Source of the DNA: Sumerlaeia bacterium
GTDB taxonomy: Bacteria > Sumerlaeota > Sumerlaeia > SLMS01 > JAHLLQ01
Direction: 5' to 3'
Assembly (NCBI GenBank): GCA_040219255.1
Contig: JAVJSW010000042.1
Coordinates: 96,001 to 160,000 of the forward strand
DNA length: 64,000 nt
Shown here piece after piece: positions 10,501-17,643 of the stretch; the stretch's first letter is position 1; every line of letters starts with the position of its first letter. The notes beneath the pieces are model-generated. The model had not been told where the DNA came from and did not search any database. It saw only the letters and a program-made list of their open reading frames with translations. A program made the position numbers and the translations under genes.

Positions 10501-11543
10501 CCGACGGCGGAGGCGGGAGCGGCGTCCTGTCGGGACCAACCGGCGAAATAGGGATCGAAGGCGGAGGAAACCGGCTCCTCCAATTCCAGCAGGGTGAAGT
10601 CCGAGGGCCCATAGCCGGCGCGGAATATCGTGCCGCTGTTGAACATGTTGAGGGGACCGTCGCCGCCCGAGCCGCTGGCGCTGCTGCCCGGCGGCCGGCA
10701 CAGGGAATTTTCGTAGTTCCAATAGACGACGACCGACTGATCGTTGCCCGCGTCGAGATCGCAGTGATCGGCCGTGAGAAAGTACGGCCGGCCATCCTGG
10801 GCCGTGTTGTTGATCAGAGTACCGGAGCAGGCGAAGATTCCGCTGACCGAATAGGCGCCGACGGCTCGAATTTGATCCCGCCACGCGGTGCCCTCGGGGC
10901 AAATGACGTCCACATTGCAGGAACCGGACTGGAAAGCGGCGGCAGCGCGCTCGAGCGCCGCCCCCAGTTCGCGATAGCCGTGATTGATGGTGCCCAGACG
11001 CAACGGCACGCTGCGGGCCGAACCCCGCGGCAAATGAAGTTCCAGCACCCCGCGGTCGCCCGCGATGACCGGAGTCCACAGTTCGCCATGGGGCCCATTG
11101 TCCGCCGCCGTAAAGGGACCGTAGGCCTGATTGCCGCCATCGGCGTAGAGGTACAGGCTGCCGCCCTTTGGCATGGTATATTCGGTGAAGCCAAAATTCA
11201 GGCTGACGACGCCGGGGGACTCGACAACAAGGCGCCAGAGCAGACTGCCGTCTTCGAGCGTTTCCCAGGTTCCGAAATCCGACGGCCGCACATCGACCGG
11301 TTCCGGGTCGGCGAAGTGGTACGGCCCGAGGACGTCGAGTTTCAGCGCCTCGGCCCGCAGCGCGACATTGTCACGCGGGGCGAGGGCGATGGTTTCCAGT
11401 TCGTCCAGCGGGAAAGTGAAGGCCGCCATGCGGGAGGGTAGACGGTCGACGGCAACGACGCGCTGGGCCAAAGCGGAAGCCGGCGGCGCGAGCGCCAGGA
11501 CAAGCAGGAGGCAATTCAAGAACAGGAGGGAACGAGGGGTCAT
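7566..11543 (-). CDS. Secreted trypsin-fold serine protease (lysyl endopeptidase/Achromobacter protease I-like) with Ig-like repeats, proprotein-convertase P-domain and tandem C-terminal domains
   Basis: Signal peptide MTPRSLLFLNCLLLVLALAPPASALA; triad motifs YFLTADHC, SDFTLL, EPGSSGS; P-domain signature NLTHTFMDDVSITLIHPDGT...GQWTLRITD; ATG at 11543 preferred over the longer ORF. Confidence 0.85.
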   Translation of the reverse strand: MTPRSLLFLNCLLLVLALAPPASALAQRVVAVDRLPSRMAAFTFPLDELETIALAPRDNVALRAEALKLDVLGPYHFADPEPVDVRPSDFGTWETLEDGSLLWRLVVESPGVVSLNFGFTEYTMPKGGSLYLYADGGNQAYGPFTAADNGPHGELWTPVIAGDRGVLELHLPRGSARSVPLRLGTINHGYRELGAALERAAAAFQSGSCNVDVICPEGTAWRDQIRAVGAYSVSGIFACSGTLINNTAQDGRPYFLTADHCDLDAGNDQSVVVYWNYENSLCRPPGSSASGSGGDGPLNMFNSGTIFRAGYGPSDFTLLELEEPVSSAFDPYFAGWSRQDAAPASAVGIHHPNVEEKRISFEDDPTALSAYLGDAGSGTTHIRVADWNLGTTEPGSSGSALFDPNKRIVGQLTGGFAACGNDDPDWYGRIAVSWEGGGTPQTRLKDWLDPLNTGVLTLDGTDLPSLVFASLGPLDDSAGGDGDGVAEPGEAGLAFTVRLVNNASGPVPAFTARLEAVSAQVSVQTAGPIAFPSISGGQTGESLAPYAIRIGEDFACGTPVFLQLVATVSGQPDQVIRFELPTGPVCDFIPHLGVASAALTDSAENGNGNGAADPGETGLSLTLAIENEGRSATNVLATLSTATPSVVVRNATVSYGTIPQGETVLPDAAFVFDLAGDAICGEVVAFSVDLTFDEGGEQFPLALPVGTAREQRLTLPLTFTDVSIGPDPGSVNVPMAVAQDGVLTDLNVQINLTHTFMDDVSITLIHPDGTQVSLIDQRGDSGDNMNGTVFDDEARIAIANGNAPFSGSFRPEGALSSLNGKRLAGQWTLRITDSAFQDGGELLSVEMRPLVRDYECEGPAAPSYAVLDKSTRQPIVSGQVVEFDPLRLRSEDAPPVVFQILNNGGTAIPLDAVEVTPPFSELGSHAGSLAPGEQTEIALILKSTEPGVYEGAMTIPVQANGADAFIVRLRGIAADPKGPVASYSFEGPGASSGWTFVTLPGFFSEPAGFVTTEPVSSLAIQTGDNRTDFGFWHSPWEAVLDDAAASDSLSLIKAEFAVASNAPNRDTVPQFRLRTASRDNERDDVLTLESTGQGVLSPVLGERASTYTVYLEMAEASDVLQAAFDLLNLGGGDASQVTLFLDTVWIARTEVPAAGRLERQWDFTASMDHGWTSNTIEGAFEAPSFASTSQGLSLRTQPTNGQGVVGWWEVPAADRVPIEIGRLYIVEFTVGTDVAVPAEVPAFRMRLNESEFQMSRYTQITSTTDMPVNGPKPTESKTYRVILPPLNESGRELLISFDLLDIAGNGDAANGALFLESVKVFSVEE

Positions 11544-11632
11544 GAGCGCTCGGCGGTAGAGAGAAAATAGCACCCCCGAAATTTGGGACACAGACCGCTC
11601 CCCCGCCAAGCAAAACTCTGCCTCCTGGAGGC

Positions 11633-12958
11633 TTACTCGTAGGCGGCGATAACTTCCGTGCCGGAATAATAATGGGTCAGAATCTGGCGGAAATCCTGGC
11701 CTTCCGTCGCGCGCGCCATGGCGCCGGTCTGGCACAGGCCAACACCGTGGCCATAACCCGCGCCCTCGATCAGGAACATCTCCGGCGGGCCATCTTTCCG
11801 GTCGGGCTTCACTACAAACGCCGAGCTTTTCAGCGGCGACTCCCACACGCGGCGAATCGCGAGTTCCGGACCGACGGTCACGTCCTGGCCGTACATGCCG
11901 ACGAACTTGACGCGGTTCAGGCGGCCCGACACGCCGCGCTCGAGGGGTTCGATCCGCACGATGCGGCCGATGTCTTTGCCTAGCGTGGCCACCCGCTCGC
12001 CCAGCTCCACCGCCGAAATCTCGCGCGTCCAGCGGAAGTTCTTCTGCGTCCATTCCGGCAGTTCCGGATAGGCGTCGCGGTTGCAGTAAACCGCCGGGCG
12101 GCTCGCCACCCACTGCGCGAAAACAGCGGAGTCGGACAGATCGCCGGGGTCGTTGCCCGGGCCCTCGAACACGCCGTCCCAGCACGGGATTCCCCGGTCA
12201 CGCTCGGGCCAGACGTTTTCAATGTTCTCCGAGTGCCCGCCGCAATTCGACGCATAGTAGGCCGGGATTGAGGCACCCTCATACGCGATCACCAGCCCCC
12301 GCGTGGCGCGGATAGCGGCGTCCGTGGCTTCGTTGCGCCGGCCGATTCCGGCGTACACTTGGCAATTCACATCGGCGCAGATATCATGGTGCGGACCGGC
12401 ATACACGCGCTCGCGCAGCGCCGTCATGGTCTCGGAACGCGCGGCGACGGCCTGGGCCTTCAGCGCTTCCTCCGGAGCCGTGGGCCCGATTTCCGACGGC
12501 ACCACGCCCCGCAGGTACTCCTCGACGGGCAGTTGCACGATCACGTCGATCGCGTTCGATTCGGTGCGGCGGAACTCCACCAGCCCATCGTAGGAGCGGT
12601 CCTCCGTTCCCGCCCACCACCAACCCACCCCATAGGGCACGTCGGCCATTTCCAAGAGCCCGTCCGGGTCCACCGGGCGGAACTGAATCACCTCGGCTGT
12701 GGTCCGGGCCAGGGTCTCGGACGTCGCACGGCTGACGATCCGGATGCCCGCCGAACGCGAGGGCGCAACGACGAGCGCTTCGCCCGGCGCGGCGACGCGG
12801 ATTTCGCCCGCCTCGCTGCTGACCGAAAACGCGTTGCGCGGCGTCAGGTGCAGCGACTTGGCGCCCTCCACCACGAGGACGCGCACGTCTGGTTCGGCCG
12901 TGGCGGAAGCGGCGAAGAAGAGGGAAACGGCGATCAACAGGCCGAGAATTCGAGACAT
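11633..12958 (-). CDS. SpoIID/LytB domain protein (lytic transglycosylase family)
   Basis: Signal peptide; EEYLRGVVPSE, EALKAQAVAARS, CQVY, GYGHGVGLCQTGA, ILTHYY motifs. Confidence 0.9.
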   Translation of the reverse strand: MSRILGLLIAVSLFFAASATAEPDVRVLVVEGAKSLHLTPRNAFSVSSEAGEIRVAAPGEALVVAPSRSAGIRIVSRATSETLARTTAEVIQFRPVDPDGLLEMADVPYGVGWWWAGTEDRSYDGLVEFRRTESNAIDVIVQLPVEEYLRGVVPSEIGPTAPEEALKAQAVAARSETMTALRERVYAGPHHDICADVNCQVYAGIGRRNEATDAAIRATRGLVIAYEGASIPAYYASNCGGHSENIENVWPERDRGIPCWDGVFEGPGNDPGDLSDSAVFAQWVASRPAVYCNRDAYPELPEWTQKNFRWTREISAVELGERVATLGKDIGRIVRIEPLERGVSGRLNRVKFVGMYGQDVTVGPELAIRRVWESPLKSSAFVVKPDRKDGPPEMFLIEGAGYGHGVGLCQTGAMARATEGQDFRQILTHYYSGTEVIAAYE

Positions 12959-13078
12959 GGCGGGACTCGCTTGGGGGGAAAAAGATGGGCTTTGATGACA
13001 CAAATGGCCTCGCGCCGGGGGGGCGGCGCAAACAATAGTTTGCCGCTGAACGACCCAAGCAAGGAGTTGCGGCCAACT

Positions 13079-13627
13079 ATGAAGCAGCCGTTCCTGATCG
13101 GCGACGGGTTCACCCTGCGCCCCGTCGAACCCGCCGACGCCCCCATCGTCGCCGCCTGCAACAACCACCCCGACATCCGGGCCACCTTCTTCACCCACAC
13201 GCCCCTCTCGGAAGAAGCCGCCTCCGCCCGCATCCGAGGCTACTACGCGCCCGGCGCCGATTATATTCCCCTCGCCATCTGCGACGCCGAGACCGACGCC
13301 GCCATCGGCATCACCGCCCTGCACCGCGTCGATCTGGTCAGCCGCGCCGCCGTCTATTCCATCTGCATCGCCGACCCCGCCCACTGGGGCCGGGGCCTGG
13401 GGCGTAGCGTCACGGAGATGATGCTGCGATACGCCTTCGACATCCTCAACCTCCACCGCATCCAACTCCACGTCTGGACCGGCAACACGCGGGCCGTCCA
13501 GAGCTACGAAAAGTGCGGTTTCATCAAGGAAGGAACCCTGCGCGAAGCGATGAAGCATCAGGGCGAGTGGTGTGATTTTTATGTGATGGGGGTGTTGGAG
13601 GGGGAGTGGCGGGGGCGGAGTCAGTAG
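13079..13627 (+). CDS. GNAT family N-acetyltransferase (RimJ/RimL type)
   Basis: HWGRGLG acetyl-CoA motif; YAFDILNLHRI, YEKCGFIKEGTLRE; AAGGAG upstream. Confidence 0.9.
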   Translation: MKQPFLIGDGFTLRPVEPADAPIVAACNNHPDIRATFFTHTPLSEEAASARIRGYYAPGADYIPLAICDAETDAAIGITALHRVDLVSRAAVYSICIADPAHWGRGLGRSVTEMMLRYAFDILNLHRIQLHVWTGNTRAVQSYEKCGFIKEGTLREAMKHQGEWCDFYVMGVLEGEWRGRSQ

Positions 13628-13637
13628 AACTCACAAC

Positions 13638-13724
13638 TGGTGCCCGGGGCGGGACTTGAACCCGCACGTCCTTACGGACCCAAGATTTTAAGTCTTGTGC
13701 GTCTGCCGATTTCGCCACCCGGGC
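13638..13724 (-). tRNA. tRNA-Leu (anticodon TAA)
   Basis: Reverse complement GCCCGGGTGGCGAAATCGGCAGACGCACAAGACTTAAAATCTTGGG...GGTTCAAGTCCCGCCCCGGGCACCA; anticodon arm CAAGA-CTTAAAA-TCTTG, long variable arm, encoded CCA. Confidence 0.96.
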
Positions 13725-13793
13725 ACGGGGAGGAAACATCCGCGCTCACCCTTTCCCCGTTGCCCCGCCCGCGTCAAGCCGCAGTCGTGGCGC

Positions 13794-14555
13794 ATGAGCG
13801 AGGAACTGTACCACACGCCCGATCTGTACGAACTGGCCCTGGGCGCGGAGGCCGACGGGGAGGAGGTGGCGTTCTATGCGCGGTGGCTGGCGCGGGGTCC
13901 GGGGGCGGAGCGGGTGCTGTCGCTGGGGTGCGGCGGCGGGCGGCTCGAGGCGCCCCTGGCGCGGCTCGGCGTGCGGTTTGTGGGGGTGGACGCGGCGGCG
14001 GAGATGGTGGCGCTGGCGGGAGGGCGCGATCCGGGGGGGCTGTATCTGCGGGGCGACATGGCGCGCGGGGCGGTGCGGGGGCCGTTCGCGGGGGCGATCA
14101 GCGGGCTGCTGAGTTTCGCCTACCTGACCCGCCGTGGCGAGGCCGAGGCGTGCCTGCGGTGGGTGGCGGAGACGCTCGCGGCGGGGGCGCCGCTGCTGCT
14201 GGATGTGCCGCTCTCGCACCGGCCGCGCCGGTTGCAGGGGGTCGAGGAGTCGCTCGCCGGTGAGGGCTGGACCTACCGGTTTCGGTATCTGGATTGGGAG
14301 CGGTCGCTGCCCGCCGGCGAGGTCCTGCACACGCGCATCGAGGTGGAAGCGGGCGGGCGCCTGGTGCGGCGCGACGCACCGCTGCTGGTCTTCACGCCCG
14401 AGGGCGCGCGGAGGTTGCTGGAGATGTGTGGCTTCGGGGACGTGCGGTTCTTTGCGCCCCACGACGCGGAGAGCGGTAGCGAGGAGCCGCCGGAGGGGTG
14501 TTTGCGCGGGGTGGTGGTGGGGCGGAGATTTTTAGCCGCGGATGAATGCGGATAA
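13794..14555 (+). CDS. Class I SAM-dependent methyltransferase
   Basis: VLSLGCGGGR motif I, GVDAAAEM, GDM motif. Confidence 0.85.
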   Translation: MSEELYHTPDLYELALGAEADGEEVAFYARWLARGPGAERVLSLGCGGGRLEAPLARLGVRFVGVDAAAEMVALAGGRDPGGLYLRGDMARGAVRGPFAGAISGLLSFAYLTRRGEAEACLRWVAETLAAGAPLLLDVPLSHRPRRLQGVEESLAGEGWTYRFRYLDWERSLPAGEVLHTRIEVEAGGRLVRRDAPLLVFTPEGARRLLEMCGFGDVRFFAPHDAESGSEEPPEGCLRGVVVGRRFLAADECG

Positions 14556-14657
14556 ATAGGATTTTCTGTCTGGTAGCGATATAAGAGAGACGCGGAATCT
14601 TAACCCATACATAACCGCTGGCTTCTTATCCGATTCACCCGATTCATCTGCGGCCAA
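14532..14657. repeat. Intergenic inverted-repeat element A (about 30-bp periodic arms, 65-bp AT-rich core)
   Basis: Left arm TTAGCCGCGGATGAATGCGGATAAATAGGAT; right arm reverse complement TTGGCCGCAGATGAATCGGGTGAATCGGAT. Confidence 0.8.
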
Positions 14658-14667
14658 TTCAATCAAC

Positions 14668-15249
14668 CTACCGCTTCTTCACCAACCGCCGCCACCACGT
14701 CAATTCGCTCGGGGCGGTGGCGCCTCCGGTCTTGAAGAGGCTGGTGCCGCCGACGATGCTGCGGACGTCTTCGATGGTGAGGAAAGCGCGCGGGCAATAT
14801 TCCAGGATGGCCGCGGTGGCCGTCTGGCTCTTCTTGCGCGGCACGATCAGGAAGACGATTTCGACGGCTCCCATGGCGCCTTTGCCCTGCACTTCGGTGA
14901 CGAGGTAGCCCCTCTCGCGCAAGAAGGCGGCGAGGTATTTGTGGGCCTCGATGTTGACGACGCGGATCAATTGTTCGCCCAAGGCGAGGCGGCTCTCAAT
15001 CCACATGCCGACCAACGTGCCGGCCGCGAAACCGCCGCTGTAGCCGACGACGTTCAGATAGTTTTCCGTCACGTTCGTCACCACGGCGGAGACGGCGAGG
15101 AGCCAGATGGTGACCTCGATAAAGCCGAGGAAGGCGGCGAGAATACGCTGGCCCCGGATGACGAACATGATGCGCACCGTGCCGATCGACACGTCCACAA
15201 GCCGGGCGAAGAAAATAATGAGGGGGGTGAGAAGATCGAGGTTTTCCAT
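14668..15249 (-). CDS. UPF0316/DUF2179-type membrane protein
   Basis: IFFARLVDVSIGTVR, GFIEVTIW, YSGGFAAGTLVG, C-terminal PRAFLTIEDVR. Confidence 0.85.
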   Translation of the reverse strand: MENLDLLTPLIIFFARLVDVSIGTVRIMFVIRGQRILAAFLGFIEVTIWLLAVSAVVTNVTENYLNVVGYSGGFAAGTLVGMWIESRLALGEQLIRVVNIEAHKYLAAFLRERGYLVTEVQGKGAMGAVEIVFLIVPRKKSQTATAAILEYCPRAFLTIEDVRSIVGGTSLFKTGGATAPSELTWWRRLVKKR

Positions 15250-15259
15250 AAATGACAAA

Positions 15260-16621
15260 TCAGAAGAGCCGCAGTCGAAACGGCAGATTGAGGAGGCGGT
15301 GGGTGACGATGATTCCCGCGATGGAGGCGGCGATCTGGGCCAGGCTGCCCCCGGCCACCGCCAGGACCGGTCCGCCGAAGCGAGCACCGAGCCAAACCGC
15401 CGCGACGTTCACCACGCCCGTCGCCAGCGACACCCACAGCGCCGCCTTGGGATGGCCACCCTGGACCAGGATCGCCCCCGTGGCAACGTAGGATAACCCG
15501 AGCAACGGTAAGCACCAGCCGAGCCACTGGACCATCTCCGTAGCGTCGGTGTACTGGGGAAAGAGGGGCCGGATCACCAGGCCGTTCAAGAGAAAGGCGG
15601 CGGCTAACGGAAAAGAAACCGCCAGCACCAACCCATAGGTCCGATGGGTCATCGCCCGCAACCCCTCCTCGTCGCCCGTGGCCTTCAGCGCCGCCACGCG
15701 GGGGGACACGGCGTTGACGATGACGCCGTAGAGCAAGAGCGGAACGAGCAGAACGCGCTCGGCCAGACCAAAGTGCCCGGCCGCGGCTTCGCCGAAAAAA
15801 GCGGCGAGGATCACGGTGTTGACCTTGAAGTGAAAGTACCCGAGCGCCCCGCGGGGCAGGAGCGGCACGGCGTAGGCGAACACCGACGCGAGCGTGGCCT
15901 GGGCCGGTTCGGCGGGGGCGCGAAAGTACTGACGCGCGTAGGAAAGCGCCAACAGCCCCATGTTCAGCGTCTGGAACCCGCCCATCACCATCAGGTACCA
16001 GAACGGCCCGTAGCCCTTCATCGCCAGGACGATCAGCGCGGCGGCCTGGAGCGGCGCCAGCAGACACGCCCAGAGCGCCGGAATCGCGAAGTTCCTCAGG
16101 CCCCGGAAGGCGGCTTCGATCGCGTACTTGCCCAGCCGCGACACGGCCACGAAGACGGCGGCGGCGATTTCCGGCCACCAATCGGTCAGCAGTTCCAACC
16201 GCCACAGAAAAACCCCGAGCACCAGAAGCAGAGACAGCGCCAGGCTCAGCCCCAGCGCCCCTCCGACGCACCGCCAGCCGACTCGGGCGGCGGCTTCGAT
16301 CTGGCGCGTCGCTTCCTCGGCCACGGCCCGCATCTGCGCGATGATGAAGCCATCGACCACCATGGAAATCCACTGCGCGCCTGACAGCACCAGTGCCAGA
16401 ATGCCGAACAGGTGCGGACCATAGATGCGCGCCACGACCAGACTGACGAGGGTCAACGCGCCGACCTCCACGCCGGTCTGGATCAGGTTGTACGACAGAT
16501 GCCGCCCGAATCGCCCGGGAGCCAAGTGGGCCTTGATGCGGCCAATGAGGCCTTGGGGCGGAGGGTTGGCGGCGCTGGCTGTGGGATCGGGTGACGACAA
16601 CGGGCGGGCGGGTCCTTCCAA
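15260..16621 (-). CDS. Oligosaccharide flippase / polysaccharide biosynthesis protein (Wzx/MOP superfamily)
   Basis: About 12 hydrophobic segments; VARIYGPHLFG, FFGEAAAGHFGLAER patterns; start uncertain. Confidence 0.75.
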   Translation of the reverse strand: MEGPARPLSSPDPTASAANPPPQGLIGRIKAHLAPGRFGRHLSYNLIQTGVEVGALTLVSLVVARIYGPHLFGILALVLSGAQWISMVVDGFIIAQMRAVAEEATRQIEAAARVGWRCVGGALGLSLALSLLLVLGVFLWRLELLTDWWPEIAAAVFVAVSRLGKYAIEAAFRGLRNFAIPALWACLLAPLQAAALIVLAMKGYGPFWYLMVMGGFQTLNMGLLALSYARQYFRAPAEPAQATLASVFAYAVPLLPRGALGYFHFKVNTVILAAFFGEAAAGHFGLAERVLLVPLLLYGVIVNAVSPRVAALKATGDEEGLRAMTHRTYGLVLAVSFPLAAAFLLNGLVIRPLFPQYTDATEMVQWLGWCLPLLGLSYVATGAILVQGGHPKAALWVSLATGVVNVAAVWLGARFGGPVLAVAGGSLAQIAASIAGIIVTHRLLNLPFRLRLF

Positions 16622-16690
16622 CGAGGCGCCAGTCTGAAAAGGCGGCGGATTTGGGCAACGGAAAAGGGAGGGGGCGGCGGTGGGAGGAAA

Positions 16691-16891
16691 TCACCGCAGA
16701 GGCGCGGAGGACGCGGAGTAAAGCGGGCGAGGAGCTTATTGGTTTTCGTAGTTGGGCGACAAGGAATTCATTCCCAAATGGTGCCACAGATGATTCTTTA
16801 TAATTTATCTGCTCATCACGATTTCCAGGATTAAAAATCCGCTCATCCCCCATTCTTTGCACCTTTGCCCCTTCGCACCTTCGCGCTAGAA
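16691..16891. repeat. Intergenic periodic-arm element B
   Basis: Left CACCGCAGAG-GCGCGGAG-GACGCGGAG; AT-rich core; right CTTTGCAC-CTTTGCCC-CTTCGCAC-CTTCGCGC-TAGAA. Confidence 0.75.
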
Positions 16892-16909
16892 GCCATCAAC
16901 CAACCGTCC

Positions 16910-17620
16910 CTAAAGCAGCGCCACCGGGTCGTCCACTCTGAGGGTATCCTGGCTCAGGTACGCCTCGCCGTACTTCACGCCGATCAACGACCCGAAGTAC
17001 ATTCCGCGCGCTTCGATCATGCGCCAGGCGAGGTCGCTGGAAACAAAGGTATCGGCGCCTTTGTAGTTGGGATTGTGGAGTTGGGAGGTGTAGGACCGTA
17101 GCGATTCCATCTTCGTTTCCCAAACATCGGACACGTCCGCCACAAAGCTCACACGCTCTGGCAATTCCGTCCGCCGCCCCACCATGTACAAGAGCCGATG
17201 GACCCGGTGGCGTTCCTGGCCGGTGTCGTACTTGACCGTGTAGGAGGAAAAGATGGCGCGCTTGACAGCTTCGGCCAAGGCGTTGTGATCGGGGTGGTGG
17301 TCGCCCGGTTCATGGGTGATGACGAGGCGGGGGCGGTGCTCGCGGATGGCGTGGACGCAGGCGTGAACGGCCTGTGGCAGTTCGTCCGCGATCCGGCCGT
17401 CGGGCAGGCGCAGGTTGAGGCGCTTGGCGATGCCGAGAACCTCGCCGGCCGCGGTGGCTTCGCGGCGCCGTTCCTCGGGCGTGCCCCGGCTGCCCATTTC
17501 GCCGCCGGTGGCATCGGCGATCACAACCTTATAGCCGCGCCGCACGAGGCTCGCCACCAGGCCCCCACCCAGAATCTCCACGTCATCGGGATGGGCTCCG
17601 ATAAACAACACATCAGCCAT
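16910..17620 (-). CDS. bshB1: PIG-L family deacetylase, BshB1-like (N-acetylglucosaminyl-malate deacetylase)
   Basis: GAHPDDVE, TGGEMGSRGT, HPDH, IEARGMYFGSLIGVKYGEAY. Confidence 0.75.
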   Translation of the reverse strand: MADVLFIGAHPDDVEILGGGLVASLVRRGYKVVIADATGGEMGSRGTPEERRREATAAGEVLGIAKRLNLRLPDGRIADELPQAVHACVHAIREHRPRLVITHEPGDHHPDHNALAEAVKRAIFSSYTVKYDTGQERHRVHRLLYMVGRRTELPERVSFVADVSDVWETKMESLRSYTSQLHNPNYKGADTFVSSDLAWRMIEARGMYFGSLIGVKYGEAYLSQDTLRVDDPVALL

Positions 17621-17643
17621 GGCAGTGCTCCTTCCGCCGTCCT

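Noticed and set aside
8037-11441. 1134-aa plus-strand ORF, and similar long antisense ORFs (833-3229, 36767-39139, 39419-41701, 48635-50842)
   Set aside because: They are shadows of well-supported genes on the opposite strand; stop codons are scarce in GC-rich DNA and the translations show no motifs
1-11543. CHAT protein and neighbouring protease as a Craspase or gasdermin-type defence system
   Set aside because: The genes are convergent, the protease is secreted, and no Cas7-11, gasdermin or other effector is visible; upstream context is missing
11544-12185. N-terminal extension of the protease ORF given in the ORF track
   Set aside because: Overlaps the SpoIID gene in another frame; a clear signal peptide begins at the ATG at 11543
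12959-13558. N-terminal extension of the SpoIID ORF
   Set aside because: Antisense to the GNAT gene; the signal peptide starts at 12958
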